64,000 nucleotides of DNA from assembly GCA_964457775.1 (NCBI GenBank), contig CAYWEW010000003.1, positions 30,776 to 94,775 of the forward strand, in the 5' to 3' direction. This DNA comes from an uncultured Candidatus Saccharibacteria bacterium. GTDB lineage: Bacteria; Patescibacteriota; Minisyncoccia; Phycocordibacterales; UBA5272. Made by a program: the position numbers and the translations under genes. Within the stretch, counting starts at the first letter, position 1. Each line of letters begins with the position of its first letter. Shown here piece after piece: positions 45,591-56,126 of the stretch. The notes below the pieces were generated by a model. That model was not told where the DNA came from, did not search any database, and saw only the letters and a program-made list of their open reading frames with translations.

Positions 45591-47498
45591 ATGGCAAAAA
45601 TAATTGGAATTGATTTAGGAACAACAAACTCAGCAGTTGCAATAATCGAAGCAGGGCAACCAAAAATCATAGAAAATACTGAAGGTAATCGTACAACTCC
45701 TTCAGTTGTTTCAGTAAATAAAAACGGTGAGCGCGCAGTTGGCCAAATAGCAAAACGTCAAGCAGTAACTAATCCAGAAAATACAATTTATGGAGTAAAG
45801 CGCTTCATGGGTCATTCATTCACAGACAAAGAAGTGCAAAATGATATTCCTCGCGTTGCTTACAAATTAAAAGCAAGTAGTAATGGGGGTGTATCTATTT
45901 CATTAGGTGGTAAAGATACTCGTCCAGAAGAAATCTCCGCGATGATTTTACAAAAAATTAAGACAGATGTAGAGGCAAAAACAGGTGAGACAATTACTCA
46001 AGCTGTTATTACTGTTCCTGCATATTTCAATGATGTACAACGTCAAGCAACTATTGATGCGGGTAAAATCGCAGGACTTGAAGTTATGCGTATCATTCCT
46101 GAACCAACAGCAGCAGCTCTCGCTTATGGATTCAACAGTACCAAGAATGAAAAGATTGCAGTGTATGACTTCGGAGGAGGAACATTTGATATTTCTATTC
46201 TAGAAGTAGGTGATGGTGTTGTAGAAGTAAAATCAGTTGACGGTGACTCACACTTAGGAGGACGTGACATTGACCAGAAGTTCGTAGAATATATTGCTTC
46301 TGAATTTAAGAAAGATCAAGGTATTGATGTTTCAAAAGATGCGCTTGCATTACAGCGTCTTGATGAAGCAGCAGAAAAGGCAAAGCATGAACTTTCTACA
46401 CAATTAGAAACAGAAATTAATCTTCCATTTATCACTTCTGGGGTTGATGGTCCAAAGCACTTAGTTGTGAAAGTTACTCGTGCGAAGTTAGAAGAAATTG
46501 CAAAAGAATTTGTTGACCGCTCAATTGAAATTACAAAGCGAGCACTTGAGGCATCTCCATTTAAGAAAGAAGAAATTCATGAAATTATTATGGTTGGAGG
46601 ACAAACTCGTATGCCTATGATTGTGGAAGCCGTGAAGGCATTATTTGGTAAGGAGCCAAATCGTTCAATTAACCCAGACGAAGTGGTGGCGCTCGGTGCT
46701 GCTGTTCAAGCTGGAGTATTACAAGGAGATGTGAAAGACGTTCTTCTTCTTGACGTTATTCCACTTTCACTTGGTATTGAAACTATGGGAGGTGTTGCAA
46801 CCAAGCTTGTTGAAAGGAATATGACTATTCCAACAGCAAAGTCACAAATTTTCTCAACAGCATCAGACAATCAAACCTCCGTTGAAATTCACATTACTCA
46901 AGGTGAAAGACCACTTGCTGCTGATAATAAGTCACTAGGTAGATTTATTCTTGACGGTATTCCACCAGCACCACGAGGTATGCCACAAGTTGAAGTTACA
47001 TTCGACGTAGATGCTAACGGTATCTTAAACGTTGCTGCGAAAGATAAAACATCTGGTAAGGTTCAATCCATTCGTATTGAAGCATCATCTGGTCTATCTG
47101 ATGAAGATATAAAGAAAATGCAAAACGATGCTGAAGCACATGCTGATGAAGATAAAAAGAAAATGGAACTTGTTGAAGTAAAGAATATGGCAGACACAAT
47201 GGTTCATACCGCAGAAAAAGCAATCAAAGATGCGGGGGATAAAATTTCTGAAGAAATAAAGAAGGAAGTTACAGATGCTATCGCGGAAGTGAAAACGGCT
47301 CGTAATGGAGATAATAAGGAAGTGCTTACAAAAGCAACTGAGAATCTTTCAGAAAAAATGATGAAAATTGGTGAGGCTATGAAATCAGCCAATGATCAAG
47401 CAACTCAATCAAACGCTACAGAAACAACTGAAGCTCCAAAAGAAGAAGGAAATGATGCGTCAGAAACAAAAAAAGATGACACAGGTGCAAATGCATAG
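45591..47498 (+). CDS. dnaK: chaperone DnaK (Hsp70)
   Basis: [22 protein letters not shown]... full Hsp70. Confidence 0.97.
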   Translation: MAKIIGIDLGTTNSAVAIIEAGQPKIIENTEGNRTTPSVVSVNKNGERAVGQIAKRQAVTNPENTIYGVKRFMGHSFTDKEVQNDIPRVAYKLKASSNGGVSISLGGKDTRPEEISAMILQKIKTDVEAKTGETITQAVITVPAYFNDVQRQATIDAGKIAGLEVMRIIPEPTAAALAYGFNSTKNEKIAVYDFGGGTFDISILEVGDGVVEVKSVDGDSHLGGRDIDQKFVEYIASEFKKDQGIDVSKDALALQRLDEAAEKAKHELSTQLETEINLPFITSGVDGPKHLVVKVTRAKLEEIAKEFVDRSIEITKRALEASPFKKEEIHEIIMVGGQTRMPMIVEAVKALFGKEPNRSINPDEVVALGAAVQAGVLQGDVKDVLLLDVIPLSLGIETMGGVATKLVERNMTIPTAKSQIFSTASDNQTSVEIHITQGERPLAADNKSLGRFILDGIPPAPRGMPQVEVTFDVDANGILNVAAKDKTSGKVQSIRIEASSGLSDEDIKKMQNDAEAHADEDKKKMELVEVKNMADTMVHTAEKAIKDAGDKISEEIKKEVTDAIAEVKTARNGDNKEVLTKATENLSEKMMKIGEAMKSANDQATQSNATETTEAPKEEGNDASETKKDDTGANA

Positions 47499-47500
47499 TT

Positions 47501-47511
47501 TGTGTTAGAAT
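47501..47511 (+). promoter_or_regulatory. extended -10 TGTGTTAGAAT, 9 nt before the dnaJ ATG
   Basis: Recurrent 11-mer; implies an internal dnaJ promoter with a leaderless or near-leaderless mRNA. Confidence 0.45.
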
Positions 47512-47520
47512 ATTCTTATC

Positions 47521-48606
47521 ATGGCAACAAAAGACTATTACAATCTACTTGGTGTAGATAAGAGTGCTTCGAAAGACGATATTAAAAAAGCGTTTTATAA
47601 ACTTGCTGCAAAATATCACCCTGATAAAAAAGGAGGGGATGAGGCGAAATTCAAAGAAATAAACGAAGCGTATCAGACACTTTCTGATGAGAAAAAAAGA
47701 AAGGAGTATGATACTTACGGACAAACATTCAATGGACAAGGCCCGATGGGTGGTCAAGGAGGATTCGGTGGTTTCGGAGGATTCAATCAATCAGATTTTC
47801 AAGACATGCAATTTGATTTTGGGGACCTTGGAGATATATTTGGAGACATGTTCGGAGGGGGCGGAGGTTCTCGCCAAAAACGTGGACGAGATATTTCACT
47901 TGAAATTGATGTACCATTTACAGAGGCAATTTTTGGAACAGAGAGAAATGTTTTGCTTTCAAAAGTAAGTACTTGTAAAACATGTACTGGAAGCGGTGCA
48001 AAAGTTGGAACTAAAAAGAAAATTTGTACCACATGTAATGGTCAAGGAAAAGTTCACGATGTGAAGAAGACATTCATGGGTAATTTCCAGACAGTTCGTA
48101 CATGTGATAGTTGTCGTGGAGTAGGGCAGATTCCAGAAGAGAAGTGTCATGATTGTAAAGGTCATGGTGTGTCGAATGTTCGTGAAGAAGTTAATATCGC
48201 TATTCCAGCTGGAATGGGTAATGGTGAAATGATACGTATGTCACAAATGGGTGAAGCAGTGTCAGGTGGAGTATCAGGGGACTTATATGTAAAGATAAAT
48301 GTTACACCTCACAAGATTTGGAAGCGCGAAGGAAACGACTTAGTTATCACTCATGAGATTAAATTGACAGATGCGCTTTTGGGTGTAAAACATACAATTG
48401 ACGGATTAGATGGAAAAGTCGAAATAGATGTCCCAGCAGGAGCTCAGACAGGCGAAATTTTGCGTGTAAAAGGCCGTGGAGTGCCCCATATTCACGATAA
48501 AGGGCGTCGTGGGGATATATTAGTAAAACTAAATATTCACATGCCTAAGAAGCTTTCTAGGAAGGCTATGGAGCTTGTCGAAGGTCTACAAAACGAAGGG
48601 TTGTAG
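47521..48606 (+). CDS. dnaJ: chaperone DnaJ
   Basis: J-domain HPD, G/F region, four CxxCxGxG zinc-finger repeats. Confidence 0.95.
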   Translation: MATKDYYNLLGVDKSASKDDIKKAFYKLAAKYHPDKKGGDEAKFKEINEAYQTLSDEKKRKEYDTYGQTFNGQGPMGGQGGFGGFGGFNQSDFQDMQFDFGDLGDIFGDMFGGGGGSRQKRGRDISLEIDVPFTEAIFGTERNVLLSKVSTCKTCTGSGAKVGTKKKICTTCNGQGKVHDVKKTFMGNFQTVRTCDSCRGVGQIPEEKCHDCKGHGVSNVREEVNIAIPAGMGNGEMIRMSQMGEAVSGGVSGDLYVKINVTPHKIWKREGNDLVITHEIKLTDALLGVKHTIDGLDGKVEIDVPAGAQTGEILRVKGRGVPHIHDKGRRGDILVKLNIHMPKKLSRKAMELVEGLQNEGL

Positions 48607-48751
48607 GTGGGAATAAATGAAGTAGCATTAATACAAAAAGGATATGCGTGAAGCATATCTTTTTTTGTATTATTTTTCATCTATTGTTGACCTTGTATAA
48701 ATAAAGGTCTAGAATATTAAAGTTGCGTTCTTTTCTAAAAAGGGGGGTGTC

Positions 48752-49426
48752 ATGATTGATAAAGGGGTTCAAAAGGCGAGTGTATTTATTCAGCAAATGA
48801 ATGCCTTATTTGGTAGAACCAGAATTGGTGGCATAGTTAACGAATATGTAGATTTTTTTGACTTACTGCTTTCAAAAAGTAGTCATGATGTTAACAAACT
48901 TCTTCGACAATATTTGGTCAGAACATTGGCATCAAGTAGGTACATTAGAAGTATTAATTCTGGTGAACTATATGTTGTTTTTTATGATGGGGGAAGTTAT
49001 TGTTTGCGTGGGGACGAACTTCTTAATCCTGATATAAAAATACCATCATATAGCGAAATATTCTCAGAGCATATATGGTATCAAAAAACGGGATATAGAC
49101 CAAAAATTGCAGAGGGTTACAAAACAGTTGATGACCTCATAGAGGCGAGAATTACATCTGCTTTGAAGATGATTAATTTTCTAAGAGATACTCTGGAAAG
49201 TGGGGTATCACCATGGGACTATGTTCATCTCTCTACTGATGGGCAAAAAATAAAGGAGGAATTAATTTGTCTTGTGGGGGGAATGATTAATCAAACAGAG
49301 GCAGATATTAAAATAATTGAAGAAAATGAAGGTCCAGCTTTTTTGCTTGATGATTACAGAAAAGACTTAAGAAGAAACAAAATAATCAGTAGATGTTTAA
49401 CTAAAACGGTTATTCCAAAAAATTGA
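48752..49426 (+). CDS. hypothetical protein (224 aa), SD-bearing
   Basis: AAAAGGGGGG SD before ATG. Confidence 0.5.
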   Translation: MIDKGVQKASVFIQQMNALFGRTRIGGIVNEYVDFFDLLLSKSSHDVNKLLRQYLVRTLASSRYIRSINSGELYVVFYDGGSYCLRGDELLNPDIKIPSYSEIFSEHIWYQKTGYRPKIAEGYKTVDDLIEARITSALKMINFLRDTLESGVSPWDYVHLSTDGQKIKEELICLVGGMINQTEADIKIIEENEGPAFLLDDYRKDLRRNKIISRCLTKTVIPKN

Positions 49427-49524
49427 ACCCAACGACATGGTTCACAAATTAAAGCCCTAGAATATCTTCGGGCTTTTCTTTTTTCTGCTAGTTGATACAC
49501 TTATAGAAAATAAAATTAAAATTT

Positions 49525-50961
49525 ATGCTTGTACAATACGCAGTTATTGCATACGTGCTCATAATGTTACCAATTGGAATTTACGCTAGTCGAAAAGTTA
49601 AAAATACAGGAGACTATGTTTTGGCCGGTCGGTCACTTCCGTTTTATATGGCTCTCGCTACAGTGTTCGCGACATGGTTCGGTAGTGAGTCTATTTTGGG
49701 TGCTAGTACAAAGTTCGCAGAAGGTGGATTCAGTAATGTAATTGAAGATCCATTTGGTGCAGCACTTTGTTTAATTATTGCTGGACTTTTTTTCAATAGA
49801 AAGTTGTATGAATTAAATTTTTTGACAATCGGGGATTATTTTAAAAGTCGTTATAACACAATTATTGCAGTATTCCTGTCAGTAGCAATTATTGTTAGTT
49901 ACTTCGGTTGGGTGGCTGCACAGTTTCTTGCATTAGGGCTAGTTCTTTCATTAGTTATTCCAGCCCTTTCCTTAAAATGGGCGATTTTACTTGCAGCTGC
50001 AATTGTAACTCTATATACATTCTTTGGAGGAATGCGCTCTGTTGCGTTATTGGATACTATACAGTCGGTAGTTATTATTATTGGTCTTGGGGCTATTTTT
50101 GCGTATGCACTTTCAAAAATAGGGGGAATTGATATGCTTATTAGTCAAACACCTAAAGAGTATTGGAAGGTTACACCGAGTTTGTCCGGCTCATTAACTG
50201 AGTGGATAATATTCGTAACAGCTCTTATGACTATTGGTCTAGGTTCTATACCTCAACAAGATGTTTATCAACGTGCCATGAGTGCTAAGTCTGCAACAGT
50301 GTCCGTCTGGGCATCGGTTGTAGGCGGTCTTCTCTACTTTAGTATTGTACTTATTCCACTTTTTATTGCTGGCATTGCTCGTATTTTGTATCCTGATGTT
50401 CTTGCAAATGACCCACAAAATCTAGTATTAACACTTGTGCAAGATCACACCCCGGTAGTGATACAAATTTTGTTTTTTGGAGCACTTGTTTCTGCTATTA
50501 TATCAACCGCATCTGGTGCTTTACTTGCGCCAGGAACACTGCTAGCTGAAAATGTTATCAAGCCATTTTTTACGGATATTTCTGATAAATTGAGATTGCA
50601 TATTATTCGTACCGCTGTTGTTCTCGTATCTTTTGGTGGAATATTTTTAGCACTTAAAGATGATGCCCGTATTTATGATTTGGTTTCTAGTGCGTATTCC
50701 GTCACACTTGTTGCAGGGTTTATACCGCTTGTAGTAGGTCTATATAGTAAGAAAGCTAATTCATTTGGAGCTCTCCTTTCTATTGTTCTTGGAGTATGTA
50801 CATGGCAGTATTGGAATCTTTATGTAACAACATCAGAAATACCTGGTACATTCGTTGGATTTATTGCTTCTATTGTTGGAATGATTTTGGGAACAGTTAT
50901 TGGAACATTTATTTTGGAAGAGGAAAAGATTATGCCTAAAAAAGAAGGAGAAATTTCTTAA
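49525..50961 (+). CDS. sodium:solute symporter family (SSF) transporter
   Basis: GDYVLAGRSLP...FATWFGSESILG N-terminal SSF signature; ~13 TM. Confidence 0.85.
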   Translation: MLVQYAVIAYVLIMLPIGIYASRKVKNTGDYVLAGRSLPFYMALATVFATWFGSESILGASTKFAEGGFSNVIEDPFGAALCLIIAGLFFNRKLYELNFLTIGDYFKSRYNTIIAVFLSVAIIVSYFGWVAAQFLALGLVLSLVIPALSLKWAILLAAAIVTLYTFFGGMRSVALLDTIQSVVIIIGLGAIFAYALSKIGGIDMLISQTPKEYWKVTPSLSGSLTEWIIFVTALMTIGLGSIPQQDVYQRAMSAKSATVSVWASVVGGLLYFSIVLIPLFIAGIARILYPDVLANDPQNLVLTLVQDHTPVVIQILFFGALVSAIISTASGALLAPGTLLAENVIKPFFTDISDKLRLHIIRTAVVLVSFGGIFLALKDDARIYDLVSSAYSVTLVAGFIPLVVGLYSKKANSFGALLSIVLGVCTWQYWNLYVTTSEIPGTFVGFIASIVGMILGTVIGTFILEEEKIMPKKEGEIS

Positions 50962-51045
50962 TAATCGTAAAATTAAATATTGATATAAGTATTGTTTTGT
51001 GTTAGTTTTATTTAGGTTGTTACTTACATAGATAAGGAGAAACAA

Positions 51046-51552
51046 ATGGAAATACGCACATATGAAAATGTTCAAAAACTTCCAGGCGATTATACTTCTG
51101 AACTTTCTGAGGTTTTTATAACCAGTGAAAGTTTGATGGCAGAGGAACAGGATTCCGAATTACGCGATTTCTTGCTTGCTCTTTTGGAAATTAATTTGCG
51201 TCTAACTGCTCACGTTTTTCTTGATAGAAGACAAAGTTCACTTGGAGGAAGTAAGATTCGCATTGTGATTACTACTACTCCTACACTGAAAGGTATAATT
51301 TGGGGTATAGGTTATGATCCCTCACCTGAAGGTGGTCAATATGTTGAGTCAATACATGTGGATGTTGATATTTCAAAAGTAGGTGATGATTTTAAGGAAG
51401 AATATAAACTTCAGAAAAAAGATTTTGAAGGATGGAAAAAATTCTTCCTTAATATTTTTGAGATGATGCGTGAAGAGAGTAAATCTCGCATAAAAAGATC
51501 AGAAGAACTTCTGATATGCTTAACACCAATTCAAACTGAAACCACCCAGTAA
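51046..51552 (+). CDS. hypothetical protein (168 aa), SD-bearing
   Basis: AAGGAGAAACAAATG (same 13-mer as before 43940); hairpin terminator 51541-51572 follows. Confidence 0.5.
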   Translation: MEIRTYENVQKLPGDYTSELSEVFITSESLMAEEQDSELRDFLLALLEINLRLTAHVFLDRRQSSLGGSKIRIVITTTPTLKGIIWGIGYDPSPEGGQYVESIHVDVDISKVGDDFKEEYKLQKKDFEGWKKFFLNIFEMMREESKSRIKRSEELLICLTPIQTETTQ

Positions 51553-51599
51553 CACTGGGTGGTTTTCTTATTTTATACTTATTTGTTACACTGTATAAC

Positions 51600-52580
51600 A
51601 TGTCAAAGAAAATCTTAGTTTCTGGAATCAAACCAACAGGGAGACTTCATTTTGGGAATTACTTTGGTGCAATGAAGCAGAATATTGACCTATCAAATTC
51701 TGGAGAATATGAGAGTTATGTTTTTATTGCTGATTATCACGCTCTCACAACTGTCCGAAATGGTGATGAGTTGCGACAGCAGACTATAGAAGCCGTTGCT
51801 TCATACATTGCTTGTGGACTGGATGTTTCAAAAGTTGTTTTGTTCAAGCAGTCATCTGTTCCTCAAGTTACTGAACTAACTTGGATTTTTAATAACCTCG
51901 TAACTATACCGTACATGATGAGAGCTCATGCATTCAAGGATAGAGAGGCAAAAAACGAAGAAGTTAATTTAGGTCTTTTTGATTATCCAGTACTTATGGC
52001 TTCTGACATTTTAATTTACGGTGCTGATATTGTTCCAGTAGGGGCTGATCAAAAGCAACATGTAGAATATGCTCGTGATATCGCTGGATATTATAATCGT
52101 GCGTATAATGTTGAAGAATTTAAATTACCGAAAGATTTGATAATTGAAAATGTTGCCTCACTCCCTGGTGTAGATGGCCAAAAGATGAGTAAGGGGTATA
52201 ACAATCACATTGAACTATTTTGTTCTGATGAAGATTTAAAAAAACGAGTGATGAGTATTGTCACTGATAGTGCGAGTCCAGAAGACAAGAAGAATCCAGA
52301 TGAAAATAATATTTATAAAATTCATAAACTTTTCTTGAATGAAGAAGAGGATAAAAATTTGCGTGAAAAGTTTGAAAATGGTGGATATGGATACAAGCAA
52401 GCAAAGGATGATTTGCTTGTTACTATTATGAAGTGGAGAGAGGGAAAGAAAGAGAAGTACGATGAACTACTATCGGACACATCTTTTATACTTAATCTCT
52501 TAAAAGAAAATGGTGAATCTGCGAGAATTAAAGCAGAAGAAAAAATGATTATAGTTCGTAAGCAGATTGGATTGGAATAA
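51600..52580 (+). CDS. trpS: tryptophanyl-tRNA synthetase
   Basis: HIGH-region TGRLHFGNY, KMSKG. Confidence 0.92.
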   Translation: MSKKILVSGIKPTGRLHFGNYFGAMKQNIDLSNSGEYESYVFIADYHALTTVRNGDELRQQTIEAVASYIACGLDVSKVVLFKQSSVPQVTELTWIFNNLVTIPYMMRAHAFKDREAKNEEVNLGLFDYPVLMASDILIYGADIVPVGADQKQHVEYARDIAGYYNRAYNVEEFKLPKDLIIENVASLPGVDGQKMSKGYNNHIELFCSDEDLKKRVMSIVTDSASPEDKKNPDENNIYKIHKLFLNEEEDKNLREKFENGGYGYKQAKDDLLVTIMKWREGKKEKYDELLSDTSFILNLLKENGESARIKAEEKMIIVRKQIGLE

Positions 52581-52809
52581 TAATATGAACATGGAAAAGA
52601 TACCAGAACAAATACCGATGGATTTTGGAGATACATCAAGTAATCAACAAGCGAGTGCCACGGCTCTCTCTTGGAAAAATAATCCCAATATAAAACCAGA
52701 TGCATCACAGTTTCCTGATAGTGAAAATATAATTAATATTGAATTTAGAAACGGTGAATGGATGGTAATTTATAGACCAGATGATGCTGGTGAAATGTAT
52801 AAGCGATAA
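52567..52809 (+). CDS. hypothetical small protein
   Basis: ORF only; start may be at 52585. Confidence 0.3.
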   Translation: MDWNNNMNMEKIPEQIPMDFGDTSSNQQASATALSWKNNPNIKPDASQFPDSENIINIEFRNGEWMVIYRPDDAGEMYKR

Positions 52810-52853
52810 CCGCTGTCTATCCCAGGCCTTGCTTAGATAGATAAATTTATATT

Positions 52854-52881
52854 TTGATTTTTCACTAAAATTTGTTAGAAT
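52854..52881 (+). promoter_or_regulatory. promoter TTGATT-N16-(TG)nTAGAAT
   Basis: Good -35/-10 with extended TG. Confidence 0.5.
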
Positions 52882-52887
52882 TTTTGC

Positions 52888-53155
52888 ATCCAGTCACTGA
52901 TGTTTAGTGTCTCTCCGTTAAGGATTCAGTCGTGGAAGGGCTGTTTAGATACCGGTTAAGGAATACATGCTCTGATGACAACAACTTCCATGAATTAGGA
53001 AAAGTGTTGTCTCGTGGTAAAATCCACAAAAGTCGCTCCACCGAGAAGTGTTGTACGGGTTCAAAGAGTTATATCAGTTTCGCGATTCGGAAAGATTCAC
53101 AACCTCGCGCCGAATACATCCCCGCAAACAAAACATCAGTTTGCGGGGATTTTTA
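52888..53155 (+). ncRNA. candidate ~270-nt structured RNA of unknown class ending in an intrinsic terminator
   Basis: Promoter upstream; ccccgcaaac-N9-gtttgcgggg + T5 at 53120-53154; no plausible ORF; repeated ccg(g)ttaagga motifs. Confidence 0.35.
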
Positions 53156-53159
53156 TTTC

Positions 53160-53187
53160 TTGCATGCTTATACATATGTGATAGTAT
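53160..53187 (+). promoter_or_regulatory. promoter TTGCAT-N16-TGaTAGTAT for the aspS leader
   Basis: Starts directly after the preceding terminator. Confidence 0.5.
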
Positions 53188-53193
53188 AAATAT

Positions 53194-53353
53194 AAGCATT
53201 GATGAAGCTGACAACTTCGGAGCAAAGGTTAAATTTAATAAATAAGAGTGGCTACAATAAGTAGCAAGGTATGGTGGCACCACGGTTCTCCGCAATCGTC
53301 CGTACACAAATATACACTAGTTGTATATTTTGTTTACGGACTATTTTATTTTT
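53194..53353 (+). promoter_or_regulatory. T-box riboswitch leader (Asp specifier GAC in a short stem-I hairpin) controlling aspS
   Basis: T-box core AAGGUAUGGUGGCACCACGG at 53266-53285 (cf. AAUUAGGGUGGNACCGCGG). Terminator hairpin gtccgtacacaaatatac / gtatattttgtttacggac 53299-53341 plus U-run abuts the ATG. GAAG-CUGACAA-CUUC hairpin at 53204-53218 puts GAC+A in a 7-nt loop. Confidence 0.5.
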
Positions 53354-54763
53354 ATGACAAGAACTTATATCAAAGACATTTCTCAAAATATTGGAAGTGA
53401 AGTAACAGTTAAAGGTTGGGTTGATGTTAGACGTGACCAAGGGAAAATGGTTTTCCTAGATTTACGTGATGTTACAGGCAAAGTACAAGCTGTAGTACTT
53501 CCTAACCATGTAGAGGCACTAGAAGTCGCACAAAAGGTCCGTCCAGAATGGGTGCTCGCAGTTACAGCACAGGTTAATAAGCGCCCAGAGAAGAATATAA
53601 AGGTAGGTGTTGTAGGGGGTGATGTGGAACTTGAAGTTTTGGCAATTGAAGTTTTGAATGAAGCTACTACACCCGCTTTTGATATTTCTACGGACGGATA
53701 TGAAGTTGGTGAGGAGGTACGTCTTGAATATAAGTATCTTGATCAACGTCGTGCTCGCATTTTACATAATATAAAAATGCGCCACAAGGTAGTGAAATAC
53801 ATTCGTGACTATTTCGATGCGAATAATTTCTTTGAAGTAGAAACACCATTACTCACTAATCCAACACCAGAAGGCTCACGTAGTTATTTGGTCCCATCAA
53901 GAGTACATACTGGTAGTTTCTATGCTCTTCCACAATCTCCACAACAGTATAAGCAGTTGTTAATGGCGGGAGGATTTGAAAGATATTTCCAAATAGCCAA
54001 GTGTATGCGAGATGAAGATACTCGTGGTGATAGACAACCAGAGTTCACTCAATTAGATATTGAAATGAGTTTCGTTACTCAAGAAGAAGTGATGAAAACA
54101 AATGAAGAATTGTTAATTAAATTAGTCACTGACTTATTCCCAGATAAAATAATTCAAACTATACCATTCCCAGTATTAACCTATAAGGAAGTAATGGAAA
54201 AGTATGGAACAGATAAGCCGGACCTAAGAGAAAACAAAGAAGACAAGAATCTTTTGGCTTTTTGTTGGGTAATTGATTTTCCAGCATTTGAAAAAACAGG
54301 AGAAGATAACGTGGACGGAACAGGTGAGTGGACTTTTACCCACAACCCATTTACAGGAGTAAAGAAAGAATTCACCGCTGATTTAATTGAAAAGAAAAAT
54401 ATTGGAAGTATTATTTCTACTCAATATGACGTTGCTATGAATGGATATGAATTAGGTGGTGGAGGTATACGTCTTCATAAAGCAGAGGAGCTTAGAAAAG
54501 TTTTTGAAATTATGGGGTATAGTGATGAAAGAATTGAAAGTAATTTCGGTCATATGTTAAAAGCTCTCGCATCAGGTACGCCACCACATGGAGGAATTGC
54601 ATGGGGATTAGACAGGCTACTAATGATACTTCTTAATGAACAAAATATTCGTGAAGTAATGGCATTTCCAAAGACAGGTGAAGGGCGAGATATACTCATG
54701 CAAGCACCAAGTCCTGCACCAGATAAGACACTTAGAGAATTAAAAATCTCAATTACAAAATAA
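53354..54763 (+). CDS. aspS: aspartyl-tRNA synthetase, short (GAD-less, archaeal/ND-type) form
   Basis: OB domain plus class II motifs (FYALPQSPQQYKQLLM, GGGIRLHK); 469 aa. Start at MTRTYIKD (ORF-track 53321 overlaps the terminator). Confidence 0.9.
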   Translation: MTRTYIKDISQNIGSEVTVKGWVDVRRDQGKMVFLDLRDVTGKVQAVVLPNHVEALEVAQKVRPEWVLAVTAQVNKRPEKNIKVGVVGGDVELEVLAIEVLNEATTPAFDISTDGYEVGEEVRLEYKYLDQRRARILHNIKMRHKVVKYIRDYFDANNFFEVETPLLTNPTPEGSRSYLVPSRVHTGSFYALPQSPQQYKQLLMAGGFERYFQIAKCMRDEDTRGDRQPEFTQLDIEMSFVTQEEVMKTNEELLIKLVTDLFPDKIIQTIPFPVLTYKEVMEKYGTDKPDLRENKEDKNLLAFCWVIDFPAFEKTGEDNVDGTGEWTFTHNPFTGVKKEFTADLIEKKNIGSIISTQYDVAMNGYELGGGGIRLHKAEELRKVFEIMGYSDERIESNFGHMLKALASGTPPHGGIAWGLDRLLMILLNEQNIREVMAFPKTGEGRDILMQAPSPAPDKTLRELKISITK

Positions 54764-54798
54764 GTATAATTAGGTCTGTTTCGTGCTAATATTAGTAT

Positions 54799-55941
54799 AT
54801 GAAAAAGTTTTTAATTATTACTTTTATTTTTCTATCCTTTACTGAAGGTATTTTTGCAGTCACAAAAACTACATTTGAAAAAGCAGTCTGGATTCCATAT
54901 TGGAGAAAAACAGAAGGAGCAAGCACCACACTTGCCAACCTCGATAAACTTACTCAAATTAGTCCTTTTGCTTATGAACTTCAAACCGATGGTTCAATTA
55001 AGAATGTTTTAAAAATAGAGGAGGAACCATGGACAACTTTAATTACCGAAGCAAAAAAGAAAAAAGTTAAAGTGTACCCAAGTATACTTTCGTATCCTCA
55101 TAATGAAAAAGAGAAGTATTTACAATATCTTTTATTTTCTCAGAAAAAGAAAAGACAAGCTCATGTAAAGGAAATAGTTGCTCTTGTTAAGAAAAATAAA
55201 TTTGATGGTATAGATATTGACTATGAAGCGAAGCTTGCTGAGTCGAGACCATACTTCTCTGCTTTTTTAACGGAACTATCTACTGCACTTCATAAAGAAA
55301 AGAAACAATTAATTTGTACTGTCGAGGCTCGTACACCACCAGATAGCAGATATGCAACTACTTCAAAAGAAATACTTGCAAGGGTTGAATATTCTAATGA
55401 CTATAAAGTAATTGGTAAGGTTTGTGACCAAGTGCGTATTATGGCTTATGACCAAGCAGGAGATGATGCACGTCTGACTATTCACAACACGAATCTTGGG
55501 AATGTTTATAAGCCTGTTGCTGATATTGAGTGGATAAAAAAAGTCGTAACACATGCTATGTGGGATATTCCTGCAAAGAAAATTATCTTAGGTGTTCCAA
55601 CATATGGATATAAATATGAAATTATTCCTTCAGTAGGGACTTCATCACAAAAGTATTCCAGAATTGGTTCTATGAATTGGAATTATGCTGATGAACTTGC
55701 AAGGAGCTTGAATATTTCACCAGTTCGCAATAATTCTGGAGAAATTAGTTTTACTTACTCTACTAGCACAGGAGTAAGTGGTGAACAATTAGGAGGAATG
55801 AAACAATACTTGGTTTGGTATTCTGACGCTATATCTATCGCTGACAAAATACGTATTGCAAAATTATACAAAATTGGAGGAGTTGTTGTTTTTAAGATTG
55901 ACGGTGGTAATGATCCGAAAATTTGGGAAGTGTTGAAATAG
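54799..55941 (+). CDS. secreted glycoside hydrolase family 18-like protein
   Basis: Signal peptide; catalytic motif FDGIDIDYE (DGxDxDxE). Confidence 0.7.
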   Translation: MKKFLIITFIFLSFTEGIFAVTKTTFEKAVWIPYWRKTEGASTTLANLDKLTQISPFAYELQTDGSIKNVLKIEEEPWTTLITEAKKKKVKVYPSILSYPHNEKEKYLQYLLFSQKKKRQAHVKEIVALVKKNKFDGIDIDYEAKLAESRPYFSAFLTELSTALHKEKKQLICTVEARTPPDSRYATTSKEILARVEYSNDYKVIGKVCDQVRIMAYDQAGDDARLTIHNTNLGNVYKPVADIEWIKKVVTHAMWDIPAKKIILGVPTYGYKYEIIPSVGTSSQKYSRIGSMNWNYADELARSLNISPVRNNSGEISFTYSTSTGVSGEQLGGMKQYLVWYSDAISIADKIRIAKLYKIGGVVVFKIDGGNDPKIWEVLK

Positions 55942-55957
55942 TAATAAATTACCCCAC

Positions 55958-56030
55958 CTACTTTGTCGAACATAAGTTTTTATCGATCAATGTACTAAAT
56001 GTACATTTTCCTCTAAAAATTTTCATTCCC
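55958..56030. repeat. nested palindromic element copy B (degenerate outer stem; inner atgtac-taaat-gtacat)
   Basis: Shares ctactttgtcg and tcaatgtacta(a)atgtacattt with copy A; 17 nt after the GH18 stop. Confidence 0.65.
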
Positions 56031-56126
56031 CTAGTATCTGTAATAATTTTGTCTATTCAAATATTTTAAAAAATCACTAATAATTATCAACTAGTAACCA
56101 GTAACTATTAACTATATACTAGTTGT

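Noticed and set aside
52921-53045. Possible tmRNA: ggattcagtcgtgg resembles the tmRNA 5' GGAUUCGACGGG, and gctccaccga resembles a CCA-end.
   Set aside because: No G-rich 5' acceptor strand pairing with a 3' ...CCACCA, no T-arm (GGUUCGAAUCC-like) and no tag reading frame ending in hydrophobic residues plus a stop. Kept only as an unclassified RNA.
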